From positions 1 to 41,794 of the forward strand of contig QNFJ01000001.1 of the NCBI GenBank assembly GCA_003646305.1: a stretch of 41,794 nt of DNA. Direction: 5' to 3'. This DNA comes from Gammaproteobacteria bacterium (GTDB lineage: Bacteria; Pseudomonadota; Gammaproteobacteria; Methylococcales; UBA2780). Within the stretch, counting starts at the first letter, position 1; every line of letters begins with the position of its first letter. Both the position numbers and the translations under genes were made by a program. Positions 17,012-26,471 of this stretch are shown here, in pieces. Under the pieces are notes generated by a model, which made no database searches, was not told the origin of the DNA, and worked only from the letters and a program-made list of their open reading frames with translations.

Positions 17012-20000
17012 GTTTCCCTAATCTGTCTGCTCTGGCGGTAAAAGAGCGTTCAGTTACGCTGTTTTTCCTGATTCTATCGATACTTGCCGGTATCTACTCC
17101 TTTAGTTTTCTAGGACGAGCCGAAGACCCTTCTTTTACGGTCAGAATGATGGTGGTTTCCGTTATCTGGCCTGGGGCGGATGCGAACGACCTGCAAGATC
17201 AGGTGGTTGACCGGTTAGAAAAACGGATTCAGGAAGTTAAGTACCTCGATAATATTGTCACAACTGTTCGTCCGGGGCGCGCTGATTTACTCGTTGAGTT
17301 TAAGGATTACTCTCCTGCCGAGATTGTTCCTGACCTTTACTATGAGGTCAGGAAACGCATGCTGGATGAAAAAGAGACGTTACCGGATGGTGTAATCGGG
17401 CCGCTGGTGAATGATGATTTCTCGGATGTTTATTTCAGCCTGATTTCCCTGGCCGCACCGGGTCTGCCGCTGCGGCAGTTGACGCGTGAAGTAGAACAGA
17501 TCCGCGATCGTGTACAGCGGATTGAAGGGGTGCATAAGGCGCTGTTGTTTGGTGAGAGACCAGAAAGGGTTTTTGTCGAGTTTGATAATGCCAAGCTGGT
17601 TAATTTAGGGATTTCTACGCAGGCGGTTTTTGAGGCGATCAAGAACCAGAACCGTCTTTTACCCGCTGGTCTGCTGGAAACTGACGGGCCGCGCATCTAT
17701 TTGCGGCTTGATGCTGATCTGAGTAATCCAGAAGAGCTGGCAAAGATGCCGATCCGGATTGGTAAAAAGGTCATTAATCTATCCGATATTGCAACGATCC
17801 GCCGCGGTTACGAGGAGCCACCCACTTACATGGTGCGAGCAGGAGGGGAGGATACACTGCTTCTGGGCATTATTATGAAGGAGGGAGAAAATGGCTTGGA
17901 CCTCGGGGAACGGATGGCTGAATTCCTCGATAAAGAGCGCTCTCGACTGCCGTTAGGAATGGAGTTGACCCAGCTAACGAATCAGGCTGAAGCGATTTCT
18001 GGTGCGGTGAATCTGTTCCAGATCAAGTTTCTCGTTGCCGTTATAGTCGTTGTACTGGTCAGTATTTTTGCCATCGGTCTGCGGGCGGGGTTGGTCATTG
18101 GTATTGCTGTTCCGCTCACTCTGGGGCTGACCTTTTTGGTGATGCATAGCTCGGGGATGACGTTGAATAGAGTCAGTTTGGGGGCTTTGATTCTTGCGCT
18201 GGGGCTTCTGGTCGATGATGCCATCATTGCGATTGAAATGATGATGGTGAAGATGGAGGAGGGCTGGGGTCGAGTACGAGCCGCATCACATGCCTGGAAT
18301 GTAACGGCAGCACCGATGCTCTTTGGTACCTTGGTAACCGTTGCCGGGTTTGTGCCGATCGGTTTTGCAAAATCTTCTACGGGCGAATATGCAGGGGGTA
18401 TTTTCTGGGTATTGGCCATTGCTTTACTGATTTCCTGGTTGGTTGCTGTAACCTTCACGCCTTATCTTGGTGTGAGAATGTTGAAGGTGATGGCAACGAG
18501 CCATCACACGACAGAGTCGCTCTATCAAACAACGGGTTTTTGCCGTTTGCGTCGCATTGTTCGCTGGTGCGTTGATAATCGAAAAACAGTTGTAACTAGC
18601 ACCGTTTTGCTGCTGATAATTTCCATTGTCGGCATGGTGGGTGTGGTGCAAAAGCAGTTCTTTCCCAGTTCAGATCGTCCCGAAGTGTTGATTAGTGTTT
18701 TTCATCCGCAGGGCAGTGCGATTAAGGCAACCGATAAAACGGTTCAGAAACTTGAAAAAGTACTGAAAGAAATGGGTGAAGTGAAAACACTTTCTGCCTA
18801 TATTGGTGCTGGGCCTCCGCGCTTTTTTATCTCCGAAAACCCAGAGCTTCCCAACCCGGCTTTTGCCAAATTGATTGTTGTCACGCACGATGAAGAGGCG
18901 CGAGACACAGTGATGGCCGAAATTACCAGAAGAGTTAATGAAGGGGAGTTTCCGGAGGCGCGAGTGAGGGTTGTTCGCCTATTATATGGGCCACCGGTTG
19001 TCTGGCCGGTTAGCTTTCGAGTGGTCGGTGCTGACCCTCTGCAATTGCGGCATATTGGTCATAAACTTAGAGAGATCATGGCGGCTAATCCTCATACGCA
19101 TGATGCTCACCTGGAGTGGGATGAGCGAGTGCCGGTATTACACCTGGTAATGGAGCCAGACCGTCTTCGGTTGATGGGTTTGACGCCGAGTGATGTGGCC
19201 CAGCAATTACAGTTTGAGCTGAATGGTGTGCCGGTTACGCAGTTACGAGAGAACATTCGTAGTGTGGAATTGCGAGCAAGGGGTAATGCCGCTTCATTCG
19301 TTGGTTATCAAGACCTGGAGATTCGTACTCGTGATGGGCGCAAAGTTCCACTATCGCAGTTAGGGCGGTTAGAGGTTCAATACGAAGAACCGGTGATCAA
19401 ACGTTATAACCGGGAACCTTTCCTTGCGGTAGAAGCCGATATCAGGAATGCTCAGGCGAATGACGTGACTGCTGCGATATGGAAAGCTTCAGAAACGTTT
19501 CGTAGCGAACTCCCGGAAGGTTATCGAATTGATATTGGTGGTGCGGTTGAGCAGTCGGCTAAAGCGGATGCTTCTATTCAGAAACTGCAACCGTTAATGA
19601 TCGCGTTGATGCTGATCTTTATCATGTTGCAGATGCGCTCATTTACTGGAACGTTTATTGTGCTAGCCACCGCGCCACTCGGCGTGATCGGCGCAACATT
19701 AGCATTACTGCTATTTAATCAGGCTTTTGGGTTCGTGGCGCTACTCGGATTGATTGGACTTGCTGGGATTTTGATGCGCAATACGCTGATATTGACCCAG
19801 CAAGTGACCGATAATCTTGAAGAGGGGATGGATGCAGTCGAGGCCGTTGTAGAAGCTGCTGTTCGTCGGGCACGCCCAGTGATGCTGACCGCAGTTGCAG
19901 CGATGCTGGCATTTATACCGTTAACAATGGACAGCTTTTGGGGCCCACTTGCTTATGTGCTGATTGGTGGTGTTGCGGTTGGCACGGTGATTACGCTGCT

Positions 20001-20049
20001 ATTTGTGCCCGCTTTGTATGCACTGTTTTTTAAGCTTAAAACAACCTGA
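17008..20049 (+). CDS. RND efflux transporter permease (AcrB/HAE family)
   Basis: 1013 aa with two large periplasmic loops and 12-TM-like hydrophobic blocks. The RND motif GLLVDDAIIAIE is present. The start overlaps the adaptor stop (ATGA). Confidence 0.92.
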   Translation: MSFPNLSALAVKERSVTLFFLILSILAGIYSFSFLGRAEDPSFTVRMMVVSVIWPGADANDLQDQVVDRLEKRIQEVKYLDNIVTTVRPGRADLLVEFKDYSPAEIVPDLYYEVRKRMLDEKETLPDGVIGPLVNDDFSDVYFSLISLAAPGLPLRQLTREVEQIRDRVQRIEGVHKALLFGERPERVFVEFDNAKLVNLGISTQAVFEAIKNQNRLLPAGLLETDGPRIYLRLDADLSNPEELAKMPIRIGKKVINLSDIATIRRGYEEPPTYMVRAGGEDTLLLGIIMKEGENGLDLGERMAEFLDKERSRLPLGMELTQLTNQAEAISGAVNLFQIKFLVAVIVVVLVSIFAIGLRAGLVIGIAVPLTLGLTFLVMHSSGMTLNRVSLGALILALGLLVDDAIIAIEMMMVKMEEGWGRVRAASHAWNVTAAPMLFGTLVTVAGFVPIGFAKSSTGEYAGGIFWVLAIALLISWLVAVTFTPYLGVRMLKVMATSHHTTESLYQTTGFCRLRRIVRWCVDNRKTVVTSTVLLLIISIVGMVGVVQKQFFPSSDRPEVLISVFHPQGSAIKATDKTVQKLEKVLKEMGEVKTLSAYIGAGPPRFFISENPELPNPAFAKLIVVTHDEEARDTVMAEITRRVNEGEFPEARVRVVRLLYGPPVVWPVSFRVVGADPLQLRHIGHKLREIMAANPHTHDAHLEWDERVPVLHLVMEPDRLRLMGLTPSDVAQQLQFELNGVPVTQLRENIRSVELRARGNAASFVGYQDLEIRTRDGRKVPLSQLGRLEVQYEEPVIKRYNREPFLAVEADIRNAQANDVTAAIWKASETFRSELPEGYRIDIGGAVEQSAKADASIQKLQPLMIALMLIFIMLQMRSFTGTFIVLATAPLGVIGATLALLLFNQAFGFVALLGLIGLAGILMRNTLILTQQVTDNLEEGMDAVEAVVEAAVRRARPVMLTAVAAMLAFIPLTMDSFWGPLAYVLIGGVAVGTVITLLFVPALYALFFKLKTT

Positions 20050-20103
20050 TGCGGCCGCCACGGTAAGGTAAGTAAAAGGTTAGCAAGCTGGAGTAATCTA
20101 CGG

Positions 20104-21078
20104 ATGTTTAAAACAAAAATCACAGAACTGCTTGGCATAAAGTACCCCATTATCGGCGGCACGATGATGTCCATATCAAAGGCCGAGTTTGTTGCAGCCA
20201 TTTCAAATGCGGGTGGTCTGGGGATTCTTGCCTCGGCGATTTACAAATCCAAAGAGGAATTTTCTGAAGCGATTGATATTGTTCAGTCAAACACTGACAA
20301 ACCTTTTGCGGTAAACCTCAACCTTTTCCCCTCCATGCGACCTGTCGATAATGAAGATTATGTACAGATCATGGTTGATAAAGGAGTGAAGATTGTTGAA
20401 ACATCGGGGCATGCAGCACCGGAAAAATTGAGCGCAATGTTCAAAGAGGCCGGCATGATCTGGCTGCATAAGTGTGTTGGTGCGCGCTATGCAAAAAAAG
20501 CCGAATCGTTAGGGGCTGATGCAGTGACGGTTGTGGGTTATGAGAATGGTGGTGCGACCGGAAAACTGGATATATCGACGTTGGTTTTAATTCCTACTGT
20601 GGTCGATGCGGTCAATATTCCGGTTACAGGTGGAGGGGGTGTTGCCGATGGCAGAGGGTTGCTTGCTGTGTTATCCGCAGGTGCCGATGCGGTCATTATA
20701 GGGAGTCGTCTGATGATGACTAAAGAGTGCCCCATTCATGATGATTTAAAGCAGGCTTTTCTGAATGCCTCCGAACTCGATACGTCGCTGGTTATGCGCT
20801 CAATCGGAGCAACGCATCGGGTCTGGAATAACCAGGCAGCAAAAAACTGTATTGTGATGGAAGATAAAGGGGCGACATTCGAAGAGCTTCTACCGATCAT
20901 AATGGGCGATAACGCCAGGAAAATGTATTCGGAAGGAGATCTCGATGCAGGATTGGTTTCACTTAGTCAGTCTGTTGGGTTGGCTCACGACATCCCTACC
21001 GTGAAAGAATTGTTGGATCGAGTAATGATGGAAGCGCAACAAACCGTTCAGCGCTTAAATAATATTTTCCCCCGTTAG
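20104..21078 (+). CDS. nitronate monooxygenase / 2-nitropropane dioxygenase family FMN oxidoreductase (FabK/IpdC-like enoyl reductase candidate)
   Basis: 324 aa. It starts with LLGIKYPIIGGTMM and carries VTGGGGVADGRG, both typical of the NMO-family TIM barrel. Confidence 0.85.
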   Translation: MFKTKITELLGIKYPIIGGTMMSISKAEFVAAISNAGGLGILASAIYKSKEEFSEAIDIVQSNTDKPFAVNLNLFPSMRPVDNEDYVQIMVDKGVKIVETSGHAAPEKLSAMFKEAGMIWLHKCVGARYAKKAESLGADAVTVVGYENGGATGKLDISTLVLIPTVVDAVNIPVTGGGGVADGRGLLAVLSAGADAVIIGSRLMMTKECPIHDDLKQAFLNASELDTSLVMRSIGATHRVWNNQAAKNCIVMEDKGATFEELLPIIMGDNARKMYSEGDLDAGLVSLSQSVGLAHDIPTVKELLDRVMMEAQQTVQRLNNIFPR

Positions 21079-21107
21079 AGGGACTAGAAAAGTTAAGGGA
21101 GAGAGAG

Positions 21108-21869
21108 ATGGGATATGCAGGCGTTATTTATGAAAAGAAAGGCCACGTTGCCTTAATCACCTTAAATGAACCCGAGAAATTGAATGCGTTGAGCATGAAT
21201 ATTCGAGAAGGTTTAGAGCGTGCTTTCGAAGAAATCGAAAATGATAACGACGTTAGATCTGTGGTTATTACCGGTGCAGGAGAGAAATCTTTCTGTGCAG
21301 GAGCGGATATTAGCGGACTGAAATTTGAAGCCAGTTACATTAAAACCTTTTTAGGTAGCATCCTCGATACCCTGGCAATTGGTGAAAGTTGCAAAAAGCC
21401 GGTGATCTCAGCGGTGAATGGATTCGCTTTTGGTGGCGGATTCGAGTTGGCGATTGGTTCAGACTTTATTATCGCTTCCGAAAAAGCAAAATTTGGCGTT
21501 CCGGAAATTAATCTTGGCCTTCTACCAGGGTTTGCGATTGTTCGGTTGGGGAACATTATTGGGCGGCAAAAAGCTAAAGAGATGAGCATGGTGGGTGACC
21601 CGATCTCAGCTCAGGAAGCAAAAGAGCTTGGTTTAGTACTGGATGTGGTCGCACACGATGAAGTACTCAACAGAGCAATGGAGCTGGCTGAGAAATTGGC
21701 GAGTAAACCACAAGCGGCAATACAGCTGGCGAAATCGGCTTACAACCTTGGTTTGGGTGGTGATGATATTCGATATGCTAAAGATGCCATGCCATTCCTC
21801 TTTCTGACGGAAGACAGTAAAGAGGGGATTACCGCATTTATGGAAAAACGGAAACCGAATTTCTCTTAA
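21108..21869 (+). CDS. enoyl-CoA hydratase (canonical crotonase)
   Basis: 253 aa. Both catalytic Glu positions are present (GGGFELAIGSD and FGVPEINLGLLPG). Confidence 0.9.
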   Translation: MGYAGVIYEKKGHVALITLNEPEKLNALSMNIREGLERAFEEIENDNDVRSVVITGAGEKSFCAGADISGLKFEASYIKTFLGSILDTLAIGESCKKPVISAVNGFAFGGGFELAIGSDFIIASEKAKFGVPEINLGLLPGFAIVRLGNIIGRQKAKEMSMVGDPISAQEAKELGLVLDVVAHDEVLNRAMELAEKLASKPQAAIQLAKSAYNLGLGGDDIRYAKDAMPFLFLTEDSKEGITAFMEKRKPNFS

Positions 21870-21896
21870 AACTTCAGCTTTTTGTAAGGAAAACCG

Positions 21897-22373
21897 ATGA
21901 AACAAGAGGCCAGTACCGACAAGCCCCTGGGCAGTTACTTTACCGCCAAGCGGACAATATTTGATGCAGATATTTGTACTTTTGTGAATGTTGGTGGCTT
22001 GCATGAGCCGTTGTTCATTGATATGGAATATGTCAAAACAAACATGCCACCATCACACCATAAGCGATTCGCTCCAGGCCCTTTCTTAATGACAATGGGG
22101 ATGGGGCTGGTCGCCCCGCTTTTGCTCACCGTTCTGGATGATATTTCAAAGAGCCAGCCTTTCGGGCTGATGAAAGGGATGGTCAACGTTAATGCCGATA
22201 TAAAAGCACCCGGATATATTGGAGACACCGTGCAGGTCGAACTTATCCCTCGCATTAAATCGGTAACCAAATCGGGTAATGTACTATTAACTTTGCAGCA
22301 TATTATGCGCAATCAGGATGATTTGGCTATCGTAGATTTTGTAGAAACGGTGATGCTCGGCCCAGCTGAGTAA
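21897..22373 (+). CDS. MaoC-like hotdog-fold protein with degenerate hydratase motif
   Basis: 158 aa. The hydratase-2 motif position reads VGGLHEPLFID, so Asp and His are not conserved. Confidence 0.7.
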   Translation: MKQEASTDKPLGSYFTAKRTIFDADICTFVNVGGLHEPLFIDMEYVKTNMPPSHHKRFAPGPFLMTMGMGLVAPLLLTVLDDISKSQPFGLMKGMVNVNADIKAPGYIGDTVQVELIPRIKSVTKSGNVLLTLQHIMRNQDDLAIVDFVETVMLGPAE

Positions 22374-22506
22374 GCTAATGAGTCGTTTGCTATCCAAAGG
22401 AAATTAGCAAGGGGAATAGGCTGTTTACAGAAAAACGTAAGAGGTAGAAGCACAAGAAATTCGCATTTTTTATTAATAGTAAATTTAGAATTATTCAGGA
22501 GAAATC

Positions 22507-24066
22507 ATGAATCTGTCTCAATGTGTTAATAGAGCTGTCCAATTTAACCCTCAGGGGTTAGCAACGGTTTTTGGGGAACGAAAACATACCTGGACAGAGT
22601 TTAAAGAGCGTATTGCTCGTTTGGCGCAAGGGCTAAAAGGACTGGGTGTAGAAAATGATGACCGGGTTGCCATCCTTGCGCTGAACAGCGACCGTTATCT
22701 GGAATATTTCTTTGCCGTCCCCTGGGCGGGGGGGATGGTTGTGCCGATCAATATTCGCCTGGCACCACCGGAAATTATTTTCACCCTGAATGATTCAGAA
22801 ACAAAAGTGCTGATTGTTGATGATGTTTTTGCAGCCATGCTACCCGTCCTGAAAGGTAAGCTGGATACGGTCACCCAAATTGTTTTTGTGGGTGAGGGTG
22901 AAACACCCGAAGGTTGTGTGAGTTATGAAGCGTTAGTTGAAAACAGCCAGCCTGCTGAAGATGCAGGCCGTTGCGATGAAGATTTGGCAGGACTGTTTTA
23001 CACAGGTGGCACAACGGGAAGATCCAAAGGGGTGATGCTGACGCATAATAACTTACTCAGTAATGCCTTGAATATTACCCCTGCAATGCAGATAAATGAT
23101 GAAGTCATCTACCTGCACTCTGCACCGATGTTTCACCTAGCCGATTGTGCGTCAACATTTGCCGTCACTCTCGCGGGCGGCAGCCACAGCTTTACACCAA
23201 AATTTGATCCCGAAGAGACCTTAAAAACGATCGTTGCAGACAAAGTCACTAACTGCCTGTTAGTGCCGACAATGCTAAATATGTTGGTTAATTTTCCGGG
23301 GCTTGAAAAATATGATTTATCGAGCTTTAAAAGAGTTTTATACGGCGCCTCCCCAATGCCCGAAGCGGTATTATTGAAAGCGATGCAGCTACTACCAGGT
23401 TGTCAGTTTATGCAAGGCTATGGCATGACCGAAGCATCGCCGCTAATTACTTTTCTGGATGCTAAATACCACGATCTTGATGGGCCTTATGCTGGTCGTT
23501 TAAAATCGGCAGGCCGTGCGGGGGTGGCGGTTGAGCTTAAAATTGCGGATGAAGATGACAAAGAACTGCCTCTTGGTGAGGTGGGTGAAGTGCTCACTCG
23601 AGGCCCTCATACAATGAAAGGGTATTGGAAGATGGAAGCGCTGAGTGAGGAAACCTTACGAGGTGGCTGGTTGCATACGGCTGATATGGGTTATATGGAT
23701 GAAGAAGGCTTTATCTATATTGTCGATCGCTCCAAAGATATGATTATTTCAGGTGGTGAAAATGTCTATTCTACCGAAACTGAAAATGCGATTTATCAAC
23801 ATCCCGCAGTAAGGGAGTGCGCGGTAATCGGCATTCCACATAAAGATTGGGGTGAGCAGGTTCATGCGGTGGTGGTGTTGAGTGAAGGACAACAGCTCAC
23901 TGAAGAGGCGCTAAAAAAATATTGCGCGGAGTTGATCGCTGGTTATAAATGTCCACGCAGCATCAGCTTTCAGAAAGAACCTCTACCTGTCAGCGGAGCG
24001 GGTAAAATCTTAAAAGCTGATTTACGCAAGCCCTACTGGGAAGGGCAAGATAAAGGGGTTAGCTGA
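22507..24066 (+). CDS. acyl-CoA synthetase (class I AMP-forming, FadD-like)
   Basis: 519 aa with AMP-binding motifs YTGGTTGRSKGV and QGYGMTEAS, DMIISGGENVYS, and the C-terminal GKILK. Confidence 0.9.
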   Translation: MNLSQCVNRAVQFNPQGLATVFGERKHTWTEFKERIARLAQGLKGLGVENDDRVAILALNSDRYLEYFFAVPWAGGMVVPINIRLAPPEIIFTLNDSETKVLIVDDVFAAMLPVLKGKLDTVTQIVFVGEGETPEGCVSYEALVENSQPAEDAGRCDEDLAGLFYTGGTTGRSKGVMLTHNNLLSNALNITPAMQINDEVIYLHSAPMFHLADCASTFAVTLAGGSHSFTPKFDPEETLKTIVADKVTNCLLVPTMLNMLVNFPGLEKYDLSSFKRVLYGASPMPEAVLLKAMQLLPGCQFMQGYGMTEASPLITFLDAKYHDLDGPYAGRLKSAGRAGVAVELKIADEDDKELPLGEVGEVLTRGPHTMKGYWKMEALSEETLRGGWLHTADMGYMDEEGFIYIVDRSKDMIISGGENVYSTETENAIYQHPAVRECAVIGIPHKDWGEQVHAVVVLSEGQQLTEEALKKYCAELIAGYKCPRSISFQKEPLPVSGAGKILKADLRKPYWEGQDKGVS

Positions 24067-24296
24067 GAATGGCGGCTACATATGATTAATCATTTCAAGC
24101 GGTTTGGTGTTATTTGATGGCCTCTATATCCTTTGAAAAACTGATCGATGATGAAGGGTTTGAAAATTCATAAATTCCAATCAAAGGAGTGTAAATTAAC
24201 AGGTTCTGTAGTAGGATTTGTAGGCTAAATAGTGGTAAAGGTAGATATTTAGATTTCAATTTCACAGTTTAAATAATATTCACAACGGAGAAAATA

Positions 24297-25157
24297 ATGA
24301 AGCAAGGAATTGTGTTTTTTACACTAATGACTATTTTGTTTTCAGGTGCAAGTTTTGCTAGCGAAGACTCTACACTTGAACAGATAAAAAAGACGGGGGA
24401 AATACGGATTGGATACCGCAAAAACGAGCCTCCTATGTCATTTTTGGATAAAGACAATCAACCAATAGGGTACTCAATAGAGCTTTGTTTAAACGTAGTG
24501 AAAGAAGTGAAAATTTTACTGAAGACACCAAACATCACAGTAACGTATGTTCCTGTTACAGCATCTAATCGCTTTGATGCTTTAATAGACAATAAAATTG
24601 ATATTCTTTGTGGTTCAACAACCAAAACACTCTCACGCTCAGAACTGGTCGATTTTACGCAACTATCATTTGTTACAGGAGCTGATTTGCTTAGCCTGAA
24701 AGCTAATAGAATAGCTTCAGTTTCAAGCCTTAAAGACAAAAAAGTTGCAGTGGTAAAAGATACAACTACCGAGGCAACGTTAAAGTCAGCTCTGAAGAGA
24801 CTGGAAAGCAATGCAAAAGTTATCACGGTTGCTTCTGCCAAAGAGGGTATAAAAGCTGTTGAAGATGGCAAGGTAGATGCCTTTTCGTCTGACCAGATTA
24901 TATTGATTGGGCTGATCGTCACTCATGAAGGTTCGGATAAATTTATACTGTCTGACCAGGTCTTTTCATACGAACCTTTTGCACTTGCAGTTAGACGAAA
25001 TGACTCTGAGTTTAGACTTATTGCTGATCGTGCAATCTCAAAGCTGAGTAGGACTGGGAATATTACACAAGTCTATAAGACTTGGTTTGGGCAATATATT
25101 ACGGAGATCCCTAGTTTGCTTGGTGCAGTATATATGCTGAATGCAATACCTGAATAG
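24297..25157 (+). CDS. periplasmic solute-binding protein, family 3 (amino-acid ABC type), orphan
   Basis: 286 aa with a signal peptide (MKQGIVFFTLMTILFSGASFASED). The SBP_bac_3-like pattern is present (IRIGYRKNEPPMSFLD...). It is visibly more AT-rich than its neighbours. No permease or ATPase gene is adjacent. Confidence 0.82.
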   Translation: MKQGIVFFTLMTILFSGASFASEDSTLEQIKKTGEIRIGYRKNEPPMSFLDKDNQPIGYSIELCLNVVKEVKILLKTPNITVTYVPVTASNRFDALIDNKIDILCGSTTKTLSRSELVDFTQLSFVTGADLLSLKANRIASVSSLKDKKVAVVKDTTTEATLKSALKRLESNAKVITVASAKEGIKAVEDGKVDAFSSDQIILIGLIVTHEGSDKFILSDQVFSYEPFALAVRRNDSEFRLIADRAISKLSRTGNITQVYKTWFGQYITEIPSLLGAVYMLNAIPE

Positions 25158-25213
25158 TTAGCATAATTAACACTCTTTTGGGAGCCTGGCCTCCTGTTGA
25201 GATGTAAATTGCT

Positions 25214-25274
25214 CCGCCATCACTAGACACTCTTTAAAGTTACAATGACCCTAAAGAGTGTCTAGTGATGGCGG
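25214..25274. repeat. Perfect 23-bp inverted repeat (CCGCCATCACTAGACACTCTTTA / TAAAGAGTGTCTAGTGATGGCGG) with 15-nt loop between convergent genes; bidirectional terminator or REP/MITE-like element
   Basis: Read directly: 25214-25236 is the exact reverse complement of 25252-25274. There is no U-tract on either side. Confidence 0.5.
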
Positions 25275-25316
25275 GGCGATTCAAAGTGCATCAGGCGAGT
25301 TAATTGATCTACTGCG

Positions 25317-26471
25317 CTATTTAACTTTCAATCCCATCGTATTGGCAATCAGATTACGCTGCATTTGTGAGGTTCCGGCGGTGATGGTTGTGCTACGGGC
25401 ATCGCGGTAGTGGCGCTGCATATCAAATTCCATCATATAAGAGTAACCGCCCATTATTTGCATACCCATATTGGCCACTTCGGCAAAGGTTTCTGAGCCG
25501 AATAGTTTGGCCTGACTCACTTCTCGCAGTGCCTTTTCGCCTTTTGCCATCTTGCTTGCGGCGCGCAACATCAGCATTCTGCTGGCATCTACTTTAGTTT
25601 GCATATCGGCCAACATATGGGCGATGGCCTGAAAGTTTCCGATCGGTTTGCCGAACTGTTTGCGCTCTTTTGCGTAGGCTAATGCCTGATCAACAACGGT
25701 TTGTGCGTTACCGGCATAACCGGCTGTGGTGACAACGCGTTCTAGCAGAAGGCCGGAGAGCATGCAGTCCCACCCTTCGTTCACTTCACCAATGCGCATT
25801 TCATCACTAATTCTGACATTGTTGAAGAAAATCTCATTGGTTCCGAGCATGCGACGACCTAATGTTTTAAGTCGGCGAATCTCTACGCCGGGTGTGTCGT
25901 AGGGCACCATAAAGAGGGAGATCCCTTTTTGATAGGGAACGGTGGTATCGGTTTTACAGTAAAGATTGATAACGTTATTTTTTGCATCGGCTGCGGTGGA
26001 AAATAGTTTTTGTCCACTAATGACCCAATCATCACCCTCTCGTACCGCGGTGGTGCGCATATTGCCAGCATCCGAGCCTGCATCGGGTTCGGTCATGGAG
26101 ATCGACATGCGAATGTCACCGTTGATCACTTGTGGGATGTATTGTTTTTTCTGGGCTTCGCTGCCGTGGCGAAGGATATTCAGGGCATTAAATACCGATA
26201 GCGCGTAGGCACCGAGAAAGTCATAGCCTTTACGGCCTAGCTCTTCACCAACGATGACCATATCGAGGACATTGCCATCATAACCACCAAACTCTTCTGG
26301 GAAGGGCAGGCCAAGCAGTCCCATTTCGACCCATTGGTCGTAAACTTCATAAGGATAAAGCCCTTGCTCATCGTGCTCACGAATGTAGTCGGCTGTGGCA
26401 ATGTCGTCCATCATGCGGCGAACACTATCGCGCAAAAGATTTTGTTCTTCTGTTAATTCAAAATTCATCAT
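25317..26471 (-). CDS. acyl-CoA dehydrogenase family protein
   Basis: 384 aa with MTEPDAGSDAG and a helix-G Glu (GLLLERV). The C-terminal motif is TITAGTSQMQRN, with Ala at the MCAD Glu position. The start overlaps the upstream stop (TAATG). Confidence 0.9.
   Translation of the reverse strand: MMNFELTEEQNLLRDSVRRMMDDIATADYIREHDEQGLYPYEVYDQWVEMGLLGLPFPEEFGGYDGNVLDMVIVGEELGRKGYDFLGAYALSVFNALNILRHGSEAQKKQYIPQVINGDIRMSISMTEPDAGSDAGNMRTTAVREGDDWVISGQKLFSTAADAKNNVINLYCKTDTTVPYQKGISLFMVPYDTPGVEIRRLKTLGRRMLGTNEIFFNNVRISDEMRIGEVNEGWDCMLSGLLLERVVTTAGYAGNAQTVVDQALAYAKERKQFGKPIGNFQAIAHMLADMQTKVDASRMLMLRAASKMAKGEKALREVSQAKLFGSETFAEVANMGMQIMGGYSYMMEFDMQRHYRDARSTTITAGTSQMQRNLIANTMGLKVK

Noticed and set aside
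17982-18458. 158-aa antisense ORF inside the RND permease gene, plus similar long antisense ORFs at 24458..24922, 26651..27151, 21633..22004, 21935..22312, 13980..14345, 36908..37273 and 34633..35055
   Set aside because: Each lies opposite a gene with unmistakable family motifs and is rich in Ser/Pro/Arg or Ile/Phe, typical of antisense reading. There is no independent support.
24082-24093. Perfect 12-bp palindrome ATGATTAATCAT after the acyl-CoA synthetase gene
   Set aside because: It is short and entirely AT-rich in an AT-rich spacer, so chance occurrence is plausible. It has no partner site and no obvious promoter context.
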